Source: a virus (lineage: Duplodnaviria; Heunggongvirae; Uroviricota; Caudoviricetes). From it: a stretch of DNA of 64,000 nucleotides. Positions 36,556 to 44,728 of the stretch are shown here, one piece after another. The stretch spans positions 1 to 64,000 of the IMG/VR virus record IMGVR_UViG_3300013121_000008; one strand, written 5' to 3'. Numbering within the stretch: the first letter of the stretch is position 1; the number at the start of each line of letters is the position of its first letter. The position numbers and the translations under genes were made by a program. The notes beneath the pieces are model-generated. The model was not told where the DNA came from and did no database searches. It worked only from the letters and a program-made list of their open reading frames with translations.

Positions 36556-36894
36556 CTAGTAGCGGGCGTGAACGTAGAAGTCCACGACCCTCACGATGGT
36601 GCCCTCCGGAAGTGAGAGGATGTCGACATCGGCGTTCGAGATGCTTTCGTGGAGCTTGATGGAGACGAGGGCCTTGGCCAGCTGGGCGTTGTGCTTCCCG
36701 ACGGTGAAATCGGTGATGCAGGATGGCTCCTGACCCGGTTCGGTGACGATGTAGTCCTCGACGTTCTCGGGCACCAAGTTGCCGGAGTAGCAGGTCTTTC
36801 GGAAGACGCGCCGGCTGGGACGAGACGGAACCTTGACGGTGATGATGGTGGTGGTGGTCAGCGTGGGCTTGAGCTTGGACATATTTTTCTCCAC
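36556..36894 (-). CDS. hypothetical protein
   Basis: 112 aa; SD GAGGTGGAG upstream of ATG. Confidence 0.45.
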   Translation of the reverse strand: MEKNMSKLKPTLTTTTIITVKVPSRPSRRVFRKTCYSGNLVPENVEDYIVTEPGQEPSCITDFTVGKHNAQLAKALVSIKLHESISNADVDILSLPEGTIVRVVDFYVHARY

Positions 36895-37682
36895 CTCTAC
36901 TTTAACTTGGTCGATTCATTCAAACCAAGTAGTGGCCTAGGATTTCGCACCACTTTATTTTGTAGATTAACCGTATTGTTTGACGGGCGGCAGCTCTACA
37001 TTCTGTTATTTTTGTTTTTTCTATTATTTTTTATTTTTGGGGCTTAGCTTTCTATCTCCATCGTCCACTTGGATTGCTATACTTAATTATGTATTGAGTA
37101 CGTGGGTTCTTTACCTTACAATTCATTGGGCCCGGGTTCTCAGATGAACTTACTCAGCGCTAAGTAAGTGCTGCTCCACCTTCGCTCACAGCTTCCCCGA
37201 CTTCGCTTGGCACCCAAAACATTAACCTATCAGTTTACTGAAAACTACCACAAACTAACTAACGAATGGCTGATCGCATTATGCTCTCCGATTATCGTTG
37301 AAGTTATTCCCTGAAAAAACTTAGTCTCTTTGAAATCCAATTAAAAAAGAAACTAGTCCATGGCACACCTCCAAGTTACTATTAGTTAGCAGCTACGTTA
37401 ATCTATTAGCCCCTACAGTGCCGATCATTGGGGTTCGGAGGTTATTTAGCCACGGGGCACTCTGTAGCTACATCCCGTAGTAGCAGTAGTCGATTCGCCC
37501 CAGGATGTTCTGGATGACGATGCCATCCTTCATCGTCCCGCCGCAAACCTTTCCACTGATGATTTCGTTGAAGTCATCGTCTACTCCATCTTTTTTTTGT
37601 AAGTCCCGCTAACCCCTTCAGTTCCCCTAACCTTAGAAGCTAAACTTACTTACTGACACAATAAAAACAATCAATAAAATAA

Positions 37683-37810
37683 TAAGAGAAGGTATTTAGG
37701 TATTTAGAAGGTCTTTTAGGTATTTAAAGGTGATTATAGGTATTTGAGGTAGTTTAGGTATTTGAGGGTGATTAGGGTATTTTGGGTATTTAAAGGTATT
37801 TTGGTATTTG
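37683..37810. repeat. tandem iteron-like repeats (GGTATTT core, ~10 copies at 11-12 bp spacing)
   Basis: AGGTATTTAGGTATTTAGAAGGTCTTTTAGGTATTTAAAGGTGATTATAGGTATTTGAGGTAGTTTAGGTATTTGAGGGTGATTAGGGTATTTTGGGTATTTAAAGGTATTTTGGTATTTG, located in a roughly 0.9 kb ORF-free gap. Confidence 0.6.
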
Positions 37811-38068
37811 TTTCGAAGTGGGGCGTATGCCCCTAAACCGAAAAAAGAAAGTAAAAGAAAAAGGGAGGATCTCTCCTCCCTCTTTCAGTGTGCCTACCGC
37901 TCGGCAAGCACGATGTACGTCGTATCCGGATATTCGATGATATCCCACCACCACTTGCGGCGGTTATACGTAGCCATGAACGACTCCAGAGAGCCTTCCC
38001 AGTTCATCTCACCACCCTTGTACATGATCACGATCTTCATGATTGGCTCCTATGCATACGGAATGTAT

Positions 38069-38108
38069 GCATTTAAAAAGGAAATGGCCCCGAAGGGCCA
38101 AATCCTAG
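38069..38108 (-). promoter_or_regulatory. island cassette copy 1: stop-proximal GC hairpin (GGCCCTTCGGGGCC) + TTTCCTTTTTAAATG box
   Basis: Plus strand CATTTAAAAAGGAAATGGCCCCGAAGGGCCAAATCCTAG; on the coding strand it is followed by the second hairpin TGCATAC..GTATGCA, SD and ATG. Confidence 0.55.
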
Positions 38109-38112
38109 AGTT

Positions 38113-38343
38113 CTAGTAGACGTAGGACTGCGAACCCTCCATCAAATACTCCTCCAACTCACCGCAAGCATTGTTGCTCCATCCCTTGCTCCCGAGGAGA
38201 TAGAGGACGCCGTTCACCTTGACCCTAACGATGTGGGGGTCCGCGAACAGCCTCGCGATCCCAGAGGGATGCATCTCCCTCTTCTCGATCCCTTCGTAGA
38301 CCACGCTATCCTGGATGAACGAGTACATGTAAGACACCTTGAA
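38113..38343 (-). CDS. hypothetical protein
   Basis: The ATG at 38343 is preferred (AGGAGG 5 nt upstream) over the ORF-track start at 38364. Confidence 0.4.
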   Translation of the reverse strand, partial: FKVSYMYSFIQDSVVYEGIEKREMHPSGIARLFADPHIVRVKVNGVLYLLGSKGWSNNACGELEEYLMEGSQSYVY

Positions 38344-38373
38344 CATTCTACCTCCTATGAGCATGATTGCTCA

Positions 38374-38410
38374 TTTAAAACGAAATGGGGAGTTTCACGT
38401 CCCCATTCCG
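38374..38410 (-). promoter_or_regulatory. island cassette copy 2
   Basis: CATTTAAAACGAAATGGGGAGTTTCACGTCCCCATTCCG; second hairpin ATGAGCA..TGCTCAT, then AGGAGG. Confidence 0.5.
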
Positions 38411-38418
38411 TCGTCTCG

Positions 38419-39003
38419 CTAGTCGTCCCACTCCGAGTCACACTCGAAGCACGGAGTTCCCAATTCCGTGCCGTGAACGCACGTCTCGATCTTCTTGGTC
38501 TTCCGACGCACGTTCTTCACGATCCGGGGCTGGAATAGGGCTTCCTGCTCGGACTTCTGCTCCTCGACGGCAGGCGGTTCCTCTCGCACCACCGGCTTCG
38601 GCACCACCGGCTTCTCGACCGGCTTCGTGGGTTCCGTCCCCATCTTCGGGAACGGAAGGAGGAAGATCCAGAAGGGCGCCCCGTGGAAGGACAGGGGGAT
38701 GCCCCGCCGATTGGTCTTCATCTTCTCGACGGCTCCCGCGAACCACCGGTTCCCGCCCTGCCAGTAGTCCTGGCGATCAAAGGACACTTTCACCACGCGA
38801 GTGTTGCTGTCCCAGGCCACAATGGCCCGGTTGTGCCACTCAACCCCGCACCACTTGAACAAGATCTTGATCTTCTCCAGCTCCTCCACCGTGGGCTGAC
38901 GGAGGGTCACTCGGGACAGGATGTGCCCCACCTTCTCCTGCGAGGTCAACTCACGGTTGAAGCTGATCTGAGCGAGGTCCTGGTTGTACACGAATTCACG
39001 CAT
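38419..39003 (-). CDS. hypothetical protein with Pro-rich linker and C-terminal zinc ribbon
   Basis: C-terminal CVHGTELGTPCFEC; PKPVVREEPPAVEE linker; the ATG at 39003 is preceded by GGGAG. Confidence 0.45.
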   Translation of the reverse strand: MREFVYNQDLAQISFNRELTSQEKVGHILSRVTLRQPTVEELEKIKILFKWCGVEWHNRAIVAWDSNTRVVKVSFDRQDYWQGGNRWFAGAVEKMKTNRRGIPLSFHGAPFWIFLLPFPKMGTEPTKPVEKPVVPKPVVREEPPAVEEQKSEQEALFQPRIVKNVRRKTKKIETCVHGTELGTPCFECDSEWDD

Positions 39004-39088
39004 GACTGACTCCCGTATGATTGTGTCATACACACAGACCTTGTTGATCCAGTAAGTTCTACACTATGTAGATCCTGGTACGGTTGGT

Positions 39089-39121
39089 CCAGTTAAAAGA
39101 AAAGGTGGGTTGTTATCCCAC
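39089..39121 (-). promoter_or_regulatory. island cassette copy 3
   Basis: CCAGTTAAAAGAAAAGGTGGGTTGTTATCCCAC; second hairpin TCTACAtagTGTAGA. Confidence 0.5.
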
Positions 39122-39159
39122 AATTTCTTCACCCCTTATAGCTCAGGGGGTCACGAGTT

Positions 39160-40524
39160 CTACTTAGCCAGGAAGCGCTCACGCTCCTCGCTGGTCATGT
39201 GGACGTTCTTCACGTCCACCGTCCAGTGGTCAGGGCGCCGGATCTCCTCCAGCCACTTGTGGTTGAAGAGGTCGAACTTGAAGCCCGACTTCTCGTTCCG
39301 GCCCTCGCTGAGCCACGACCAGTCCATCTCCTCCTTGCGGAAGTAGTCGGACCAGTTGGTCTTCATGAGGTTCACCGTCTCACGGTCGACGTGCTTGTCT
39401 TCGGCCAGAGCCTCCAACAGCGCGATCTGGATGAGCGAACCCATCCAGCGGAGCAGGGTGCCCTTGACGGCATCCGACATCCCCGTCCGGACCTCAGCCC
39501 AGAACCAACGCTTGAAGAAGCCGTTGAACTTCTTCTTCGTGTCGTTCTGGACGTAGCCGCCCGTGGGGAGGTGCTTCTCCACGCTCGACCAGATGTGGGG
39601 CCCGTTGGCCTTCTCCCACTTCTGATCGATGTAGAGGCCACCCCACTGGAGGATGGAGATCACGGCACACTTCTCGTCGAAGTCCACCGCGAACTCCTTG
39701 GCCTCCTGCACGGCGCAGTAGAACGTGGTCTTCACGTCCTTCCACACCTTCTTGGCCGTCTCCTTGCCGAAGACGCGGACCAGCCAGCGACGGAACTCCA
39801 GCGAGTCCCGCTCCAGCTTCTCCTGTTCCCGGAGGGTCATCGCCTCCAGGATGTCCTCGGCCGAGGTGAACGGGGACTTCTCCCACACGGACTGCGAGGC
39901 GCAGGCCACCTCGATGTCGTGCAGGAACTTGTCCACGTCGTAGCCCCATTCCATGAGCAGGAACTCGGCCCGCGCTGCCCGGTTCAGGGCCACGTCGCTC
40001 GGGGACTCCTCACCCCAGGTGTTCTTGCCCATCGAGGGCTCGTACACCGGATCCTTGCGGACGGGGATGAGGTTGCCCTCGTTGTCCCGCATCGGGGTCC
40101 GGATGACGATGCCATCCTTCGCCTCCGACTTGACGTAACAGACGCCTAGGATGATCTCCTCCAACGTCATGCTACCCCAATCGGGAAGCGCCTTGAAGAC
40201 GTCATCGCCGTCCTGGTCCTCGTCGGCCTCCACCGCCACGATCCCGGTCGGGGAGTCCTTGTAGTCCATCTCGGGCTGGACCACCTCCTCCTGCGCGAAG
40301 GACTTGTTGCGGCCCCACAGCGCGAAGAGGTCGAGGACGACTCCCTTCGCCACCATCCGACCCGTCTTCAGGTCGCGGTAGCGGTCCCCGGAGATCGCGA
40401 TGTCCATCTCGGCCAGGAAGAGCGCCAGAGGCCCGAAGGCCTTGGTGGCGGCCTGGGAGACGACGGAGGGGACGGTGTTGATGATCTTGGACATTGCTGA
40501 CTCCACAATGCGTACTGCCGGCAC
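39160..40524 (-). CDS. hypothetical protein, paralog family A/B (with 35075..36142)
   Basis: 454 aa; collinear similarity to the 355-aa ORF across several blocks. Confidence 0.55.
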   Translation of the reverse strand: MPAVRIVESAMSKIINTVPSVVSQAATKAFGPLALFLAEMDIAISGDRYRDLKTGRMVAKGVVLDLFALWGRNKSFAQEEVVQPEMDYKDSPTGIVAVEADEDQDGDDVFKALPDWGSMTLEEIILGVCYVKSEAKDGIVIRTPMRDNEGNLIPVRKDPVYEPSMGKNTWGEESPSDVALNRAARAEFLLMEWGYDVDKFLHDIEVACASQSVWEKSPFTSAEDILEAMTLREQEKLERDSLEFRRWLVRVFGKETAKKVWKDVKTTFYCAVQEAKEFAVDFDEKCAVISILQWGGLYIDQKWEKANGPHIWSSVEKHLPTGGYVQNDTKKKFNGFFKRWFWAEVRTGMSDAVKGTLLRWMGSLIQIALLEALAEDKHVDRETVNLMKTNWSDYFRKEEMDWSWLSEGRNEKSGFKFDLFNHKWLEEIRRPDHWTVDVKNVHMTSEERERFLAK

Positions 40525-40735
40525 GCGCGGTTGGCCGTTTGGCCGAAATCATTTTGATGACACTATGTCACCTGACGACAGTTGGTCTTCTGCCGAGTGT
40601 TACTCACTACAGGATCTTACCCAAGGATCAATGGGCCTTGAGGACTTACGAGCTACTGCCTCTATCCCGGTTTGTCGGTTAAGAAAAACAAAAGGGGCAA
40701 ACTAGTGCCCCAGTTGTTTCGATGTCTTGCTTTCG

Positions 40736-40954
40736 CTAAGACATCTTCCACGCGAGGCGGTCCGAACCGCTGCGGCGGCGCTCGTTGTAGTCTCCCGAGG
40801 AGTCCAGGGTGTTCACGATGGAGGCCAACTCAGAGCTCGCCACGCGCCTGTCTTTCCTCGACGCCAACTTCTTCTCCTCCTTCCACGAGTGACGCTGGCC
40901 CTTACAGGGCTTCGAACGAGAAACGGAGCCGTGGGCGATGTTAGAACGGGACAT
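40736..40954 (-). CDS. hypothetical basic protein
   Basis: The ATG at 40954 is preceded by AAGGAGA; the longer ORF-track start would overlap the upstream regulatory cassette. Confidence 0.4.
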   Translation of the reverse strand: MSRSNIAHGSVSRSKPCKGQRHSWKEEKKLASRKDRRVASSELASIVNTLDSSGDYNERRRSGSDRLAWKMS

Positions 40955-40987
40955 CTCTATCTCCTTGTGAACTGGAGCGGGATTGCT

Positions 40988-41025
40988 CCATTTAAAAGGA
41001 AAAACCAGTGTACAAAGCCCACTGG
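40988..41025 (-). promoter_or_regulatory. island cassette copy 4
   Basis: CCATTTAAAAGGAAAAACCAGTGTACAAAGCCCACTGG; second hairpin TGGAGC..GCTCCA, then AAGGAGA. Confidence 0.5.
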
Positions 41026-41041
41026 CAGGCATAGGACAGAC

Positions 41042-41158
41042 TACATCTTGTCACCATAGAAGTAGTCGGTGATCAGAATACCCACCACGATCAGGGCAAC
41101 GTAGCCGCAGAGCCAGATCATCCCGGCATCCGGGGACCAATCGATGTTGGGGAACATT
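41042..41158 (-). CDS. hypothetical small membrane protein (38 aa)
   Basis: MFPNIDWSPDAGMIWLCGYVALIVVGILITDYFYGDKM; SD GGAGA upstream; flanked by cassette motifs on both sides. Confidence 0.35.
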
Positions 41159-41198
41159 CAATCTCCATGAATAGCTGTACTTGATTGTACAATGCTAT

Positions 41199-41237
41199 CC
41201 AGTTAAAAAGAAAATGAGCAGTTTATAGTCTTGCTCA
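41199..41237 (-). promoter_or_regulatory. island cassette copy 5
   Basis: CCAGTTAAAAAGAAAATGAGCAGTTTATAGTCTTGCTCA; second hairpin ATAGC..GCTAT, then GGAGA. Confidence 0.5.
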
Positions 41238-41254
41238 GGACTTGGGAAACTACT

Positions 41255-41411
41255 TGTTCTCTTCGTAGAAGGCCTGCGCGGCCTCCTCGGTGAAGAACGA
41301 GTAGCAGCTAATCCCCGGGTTCAAGCCCTCCGGGAAGTCGCGCTTCAACTGCTCGTGGTTGCCGAACCAGAAGGCGACGCTAGAAGAGGTCAAAACGAAG
41401 AACTTGAGCAT
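41255..41411 (-). CDS. hypothetical small protein (52 aa)
   Basis: MLKFFVLTSSSVAFWFGNHEQLKRDFPEGLNPGISCYSFFTEEAAQAFYEENK; flanked by cassette motifs. Confidence 0.35.
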
Positions 41412-41442
41412 GTTTACTCCAAGCAGGTTGGTTAGGCTCCTG

Positions 41443-41513
41443 CGTTTAAAAGAAAGGGCCTGTCTATGAAGCCGACAGGCAGGCTATAGGCCCCGAAGGG
41501 CCAAATGCTAAGC
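41443..41513 (-). promoter_or_regulatory. island cassette copy 6 (double terminator hairpin)
   Basis: GCGTTTAAAAGAAAGGGCCTGTC..GACAGGC...GGCCCCGAAGGGCC; second hairpin GCAGG..CCTGC, then TGGAG. Confidence 0.5.
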
Positions 41514-41515
41514 GA

Positions 41516-41767
41516 CTAGAACAACCGCAGCTCCATGTAGCCATCGGGCACCCACACGGACACCCGAATCTTGTGCTCCCGGGCCATGGCGATGATCTCC
41601 ATCGCCTTCTCGGGTTCGATGTCCAGGATCATCAACTGGTCGTTACCGTCGATGACGGTACAAGTCCCGAAGGTCTTGGAGAAACTAATCTCCAAGTGGG
41701 ACCCGATCTGGGCCGCCAACGACTGGATGATAATGCCGAAGTTCTTCATGTTGAGGTGGCAGTGCAT
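41516..41767 (-). CDS. hypothetical protein (paralog of 41859..42098)
   Basis: 83 aa; NFGIIIQSLAAQ...AMEIIAMAREHKIRVSVWVPDGYMELRLF parallels NINMIAALELGV...GRKLIEKAKSLGVKVITFTFDGRDFTLA. Confidence 0.5.
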   Translation of the reverse strand: MHCHLNMKNFGIIIQSLAAQIGSHLEISFSKTFGTCTVIDGNDQLMILDIEPEKAMEIIAMAREHKIRVSVWVPDGYMELRLF

Positions 41768-41811
41768 TTCTGGCTCCAGTATCGGACATAGTGAATCTAT
41801 GTCTAGCGATA

Positions 41812-41850
41812 CCAGTTAAAAGGAAAAGGCCCCCGAAGAGGCCTAATCCT
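41812..41850 (-). promoter_or_regulatory. island cassette copy 7
   Basis: CCAGTTAAAAGGAAAAGGCCCCCGAAGAGGCCTAATCCT immediately after the stop of 41859..42098; second hairpin GACATAG..CTATGTC, then TGGAG. Confidence 0.6.
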
Positions 41851-41858
41851 TAGTGTCC

Positions 41859-42098
41859 CTACGCCAAGGTGAAGTCGCGGCCGTCGAAGGTGAACGTGAT
41901 AACCTTGACCCCCAAGCTCTTCGCCTTCTCGATGAGCTTCCTCCCCTCCTCGAAGGGGACTTCTTCGCAGATGGCCCAAACCACACCATTCTTCGCGAGG
42001 CAAAGGCTGTTGCGAAGGGGCCCAATGCACACCTCGTCCACAACTCCCAACTCCAGGGCCGCGATCATGTTGATGTTACCGGTCATCTTGTACTCCAA
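41859..42098 (-). CDS. hypothetical protein (paralog of 41516..41767)
   Basis: 79 aa; SD TGGAG upstream. Confidence 0.5.
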   Translation of the reverse strand: MEYKMTGNINMIAALELGVVDEVCIGPLRNSLCLAKNGVVWAICEEVPFEEGRKLIEKAKSLGVKVITFTFDGRDFTLA

Positions 42099-42125
42099 GT
42101 GAAGACAATCGTTAGTTCATGTCTT

Positions 42126-42165
42126 CAGTTAAAAGGAAAAGGCCCCCGAAGAGGCCTAATCCTAG
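42126..42165 (-). promoter_or_regulatory. island cassette copy 8 (38-nt identical to copy 7)
   Basis: CAGTTAAAAGGAAAAGGCCCCCGAAGAGGCCTAATCCTAG; second hairpin GAAGACA..TGTCTTC, then TGGAG. Confidence 0.6.
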
Positions 42166-42184
42166 TTTCTGCTTCGTTTAACGC

Positions 42185-42532
42185 CTAGCAGTAGGCGAGG
42201 TCGTCCCACCTGTAGGGCAGAACCCTACTGTGGGACTGGAGGAACCTCCACTCGCGGTGGAGGCTGTCGATCTCTTCCACGAGCGGGAAGAGTTCCGTCG
42301 TGTCGCAGCCCTGCTTGTAGCAGAACTGCAACACCCTCACGGCCGCACCGATCTCTCGGGCAACCTCCGACCCCTGCAGCGTTGCCGCTACAGAGATCAG
42401 CTCCCGTGCCTCCGCCCGACACAAGGCCGGACGGTCTTCGATCCACGTTGCGACTTCCGCCGCAACCACGACGACCCCACCCAGCATCGCGAGGATGCAG
42501 GTGAGGACGCAGAGCAGAGACGCGAACGCCAT
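42185..42532 (-). CDS. hypothetical membrane protein
   Basis: The ATG at 42532 (MAFASLLCVLTCILAMLGGVVVVAA, TM helix) is preferred. The ORF-track extension runs through the GTTGCTGGTTGTT tandem repeat. Confidence 0.4.
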   Translation of the reverse strand: MAFASLLCVLTCILAMLGGVVVVAAEVATWIEDRPALCRAEARELISVAATLQGSEVAREIGAAVRVLQFCYKQGCDTTELFPLVEEIDSLHREWRFLQSHSRVLPYRWDDLAYC

Positions 42533-43187
42533 CTTCTCTCCTTTTTTGTTGCTGGTTGTTGTTGCTGGTTGTTGGTTGGGGTTGAACGGCTTTAGAGTAC
42601 CGTTCGCCTCTGTAGAGGACTCAGGGGTTGAAGGATTCATGCCTATTCCCTTCATGGCACTCGGTTTTCCATAGACCGAGAACTGTTACTTCTCTACTTG
42701 CATAGAGCGGTGAGCGTGCTTCGGGGACTTTCACCCCAGGATGCTCACGTAGCCTGCTTAATAGCGCCCTTCCGCGAAGAGCATCTATCGACCTGTTACC
42801 CAGGTTCCAGCCGTTACTAGTGAAGGGGGAGACTATCATCTACCGTATGGCATCCAGTAGATGTAGCAATCACGTTCGCGGTCTGGCGGCATACTGGTAC
42901 ACCTGTCCCTTCAGGACTATTCACAATCTCCAGTGCTAGAAGACTGCTGTTTGCAGGTGGGTACGTGTGGCACACATACCTTCCTCTGATGTGGCAAGCA
43001 TCAGGCTACCTGTATCGTCACCTGGGGGTATCCCCAAGCCTCCGTTACCATTTCTGGTGTAGGGTGAACCCCTACCAGTAGCATATCCCGTATACTAGTA
43101 GCACCGTAGTACCACTAGTCTTACTGTATGTTGTGTGCATACAGAGGACTGGGCTTGTACCCGCAAGGACTACTGTTCAGTAGTCTG

Positions 43188-43229
43188 CCATGTAAAAAGA
43201 AAAGGTAGAGTATACACATACACTCTACC
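43188..43229 (-). promoter_or_regulatory. island cassette copy 9
   Basis: CCATGTAAAAAGAAAAGGTAGAGTATACACATACACTCTACC. Confidence 0.45.
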
Positions 43230-43367
43230 TGATCCGCTCTACGCAAAGAGCAAGATCCCCATCATAATAAGCCCAACAAGGGCCATCACAATGGACTTCC
43301 CATCGTACTGAGACATACTAACTCCTTCTTGAGTTGATAGTGAGCATAGCACCATGCTATACTACTT

Positions 43368-43400
43368 CAGTTAAAAGAAAAGACAGAGATGTACTCTGTG
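43368..43400 (-). promoter_or_regulatory. island cassette copy 10 (left of the island/structural-arm junction)
   Basis: CAGTTAAAAGAAAAGACAGAGATGTACTCTGTG; second hairpin ATAGCA..TGCTAT, then AAGGAG and a 26-aa TM ORF (43249..43326). Confidence 0.45.
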
Positions 43401-43542
43401 TAGACCCCCGGGGGCTCGGAAAGATAGGGACTCCTACCATTCCATATTAATACTAGGTCTATCCATAAATTTTTCATTTTTTAGAAATCTCTATTAAGAA
43501 TTTTTTATTATTTTTAATTATTATTACTTTTAATTATCGACA

Positions 43543-43863
43543 ATGATTATATTTCCAAATCGAGGCGCCGCAACAATGAAAATAGCAGAACAAGATATAA
43601 TTATTTATAAATATTCAAAATTGCTTAAATTAGCATTAGATTTTACTAAATTATTAAACAATAATGAAACTTGCAAAGATATATATAAATTTTCTACACT
43701 AGTAGATAGCTCTCCTAGAAAATTCGACTGTACTAATGCTCAATCTTTAAAGAGAGAAATTTTAAAAAAAATAAAAACTGAAGATATAGAAGATGATTTA
43801 AATATAATAGAAGAGCTTTTAAAGATAGATGATAAATATTTTGATGATGAATGGCGAAAATAA
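43543..43863 (+). CDS. hypothetical protein (first gene of plus-strand arm)
   Basis: 106 aa ORF following an AT-rich divergent region. Confidence 0.4.
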   Translation: MIIFPNRGAATMKIAEQDIIIYKYSKLLKLALDFTKLLNNNETCKDIYKFSTLVDSSPRKFDCTNAQSLKREILKKIKTEDIEDDLNIIEELLKIDDKYFDDEWRK

Positions 43864-43878
43864 TAATGAGTAATAATA

Positions 43879-44697
43879 ATGAGTAATAGTTTAACAAGTA
43901 AAAATAAAAATCCGCAATTTGGAATAATAGATTACGAAAATAATAGTATCGCCAAGACAGAAAGACAAAATGAATTATTTAATAATATTTCATTAAGTGA
44001 AGAGTCTAATAAGAAATTGTTTGTAAAATATAATAATAAACAAGTTGAAAAATTTAAAAAAACTTTAAATAGATATAAATACGGATTAAACGCTTCTGCC
44101 CCTATAATTTGTATGGGACCAGAAAAATGTCCCTTTTTTCATGCCTGTCCAATTGGAAATGGCATTAAAGTAGATCCAGTAATTAATAAAAAAGTACCTA
44201 TTTATGATTCTTTACAAGATTTCCCTATTGGAGAGATGTGTTCTTTAGAGTTGAATTTTATGGAAGATAGATTAAAGTCTTATTTGAATGAGTTCGACGT
44301 TGATCCTATAAATGCATCAGAATTGGCTTTAGTTAATGATTTATCTTTGGTTGATTTGTATAAAAATAGATGTGTTCTTTACCTTAGTGCGGGCGATCTT
44401 CAAAATGAAGGTATAGATTTCTTTAAATCTGAAGAAGCTTATGATTTACAAGGCAATTTAATTAATAGAAAATATCAAGAGCATCCTATTTTAAATGTTA
44501 TGGAAAAACTAGAAAAAAGAAGACATAGAATTTTAGAAGAATTAATAGCTACTAGAAAATCAAAGATGAATATAATGGTTAAGATAAAAGAATCACAAGA
44601 GGATTCTAGAATGTTAACCGAAATAGAAACGATTAGAAAAGCTTTAGAATCTTCTGATAATGAATCTAAAGACGATATCATTATTGAAATAGAATAA
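43879..44697 (+). CDS. hypothetical protein
   Basis: 272 aa ORF. Confidence 0.45.
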   Translation: MSNSLTSKNKNPQFGIIDYENNSIAKTERQNELFNNISLSEESNKKLFVKYNNKQVEKFKKTLNRYKYGLNASAPIICMGPEKCPFFHACPIGNGIKVDPVINKKVPIYDSLQDFPIGEMCSLELNFMEDRLKSYLNEFDVDPINASELALVNDLSLVDLYKNRCVLYLSAGDLQNEGIDFFKSEEAYDLQGNLINRKYQEHPILNVMEKLEKRRHRILEELIATRKSKMNIMVKIKESQEDSRMLTEIETIRKALESSDNESKDDIIIEIE

Positions 44698-44728
44698 AAA
44701 TTGAAATAGAATAAAAATAGAATAAAAA

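Noticed and set aside
36905-36918. CTTTAACTTGG resembling the cassette box
   Set aside because: It is in opposite orientation relative to the downstream gene and lacks the hairpins. It overlaps the SD region (GAGGTGGAG) of 36556..36894.
39199-40149. 316-aa plus-strand ORF and many other long overlapping ORFs in 33.7-42.7 kb (e.g. 33747..34259, 38385..38858, 39494..39949, 42230..42595)
   Set aside because: They lie antisense to, or out of frame with, the minus-strand genes that carry SD sites and the cassette signals. Their translations are Arg/Pro/Gly-rich low-complexity, as expected for spurious ORFs in GC-rich DNA.
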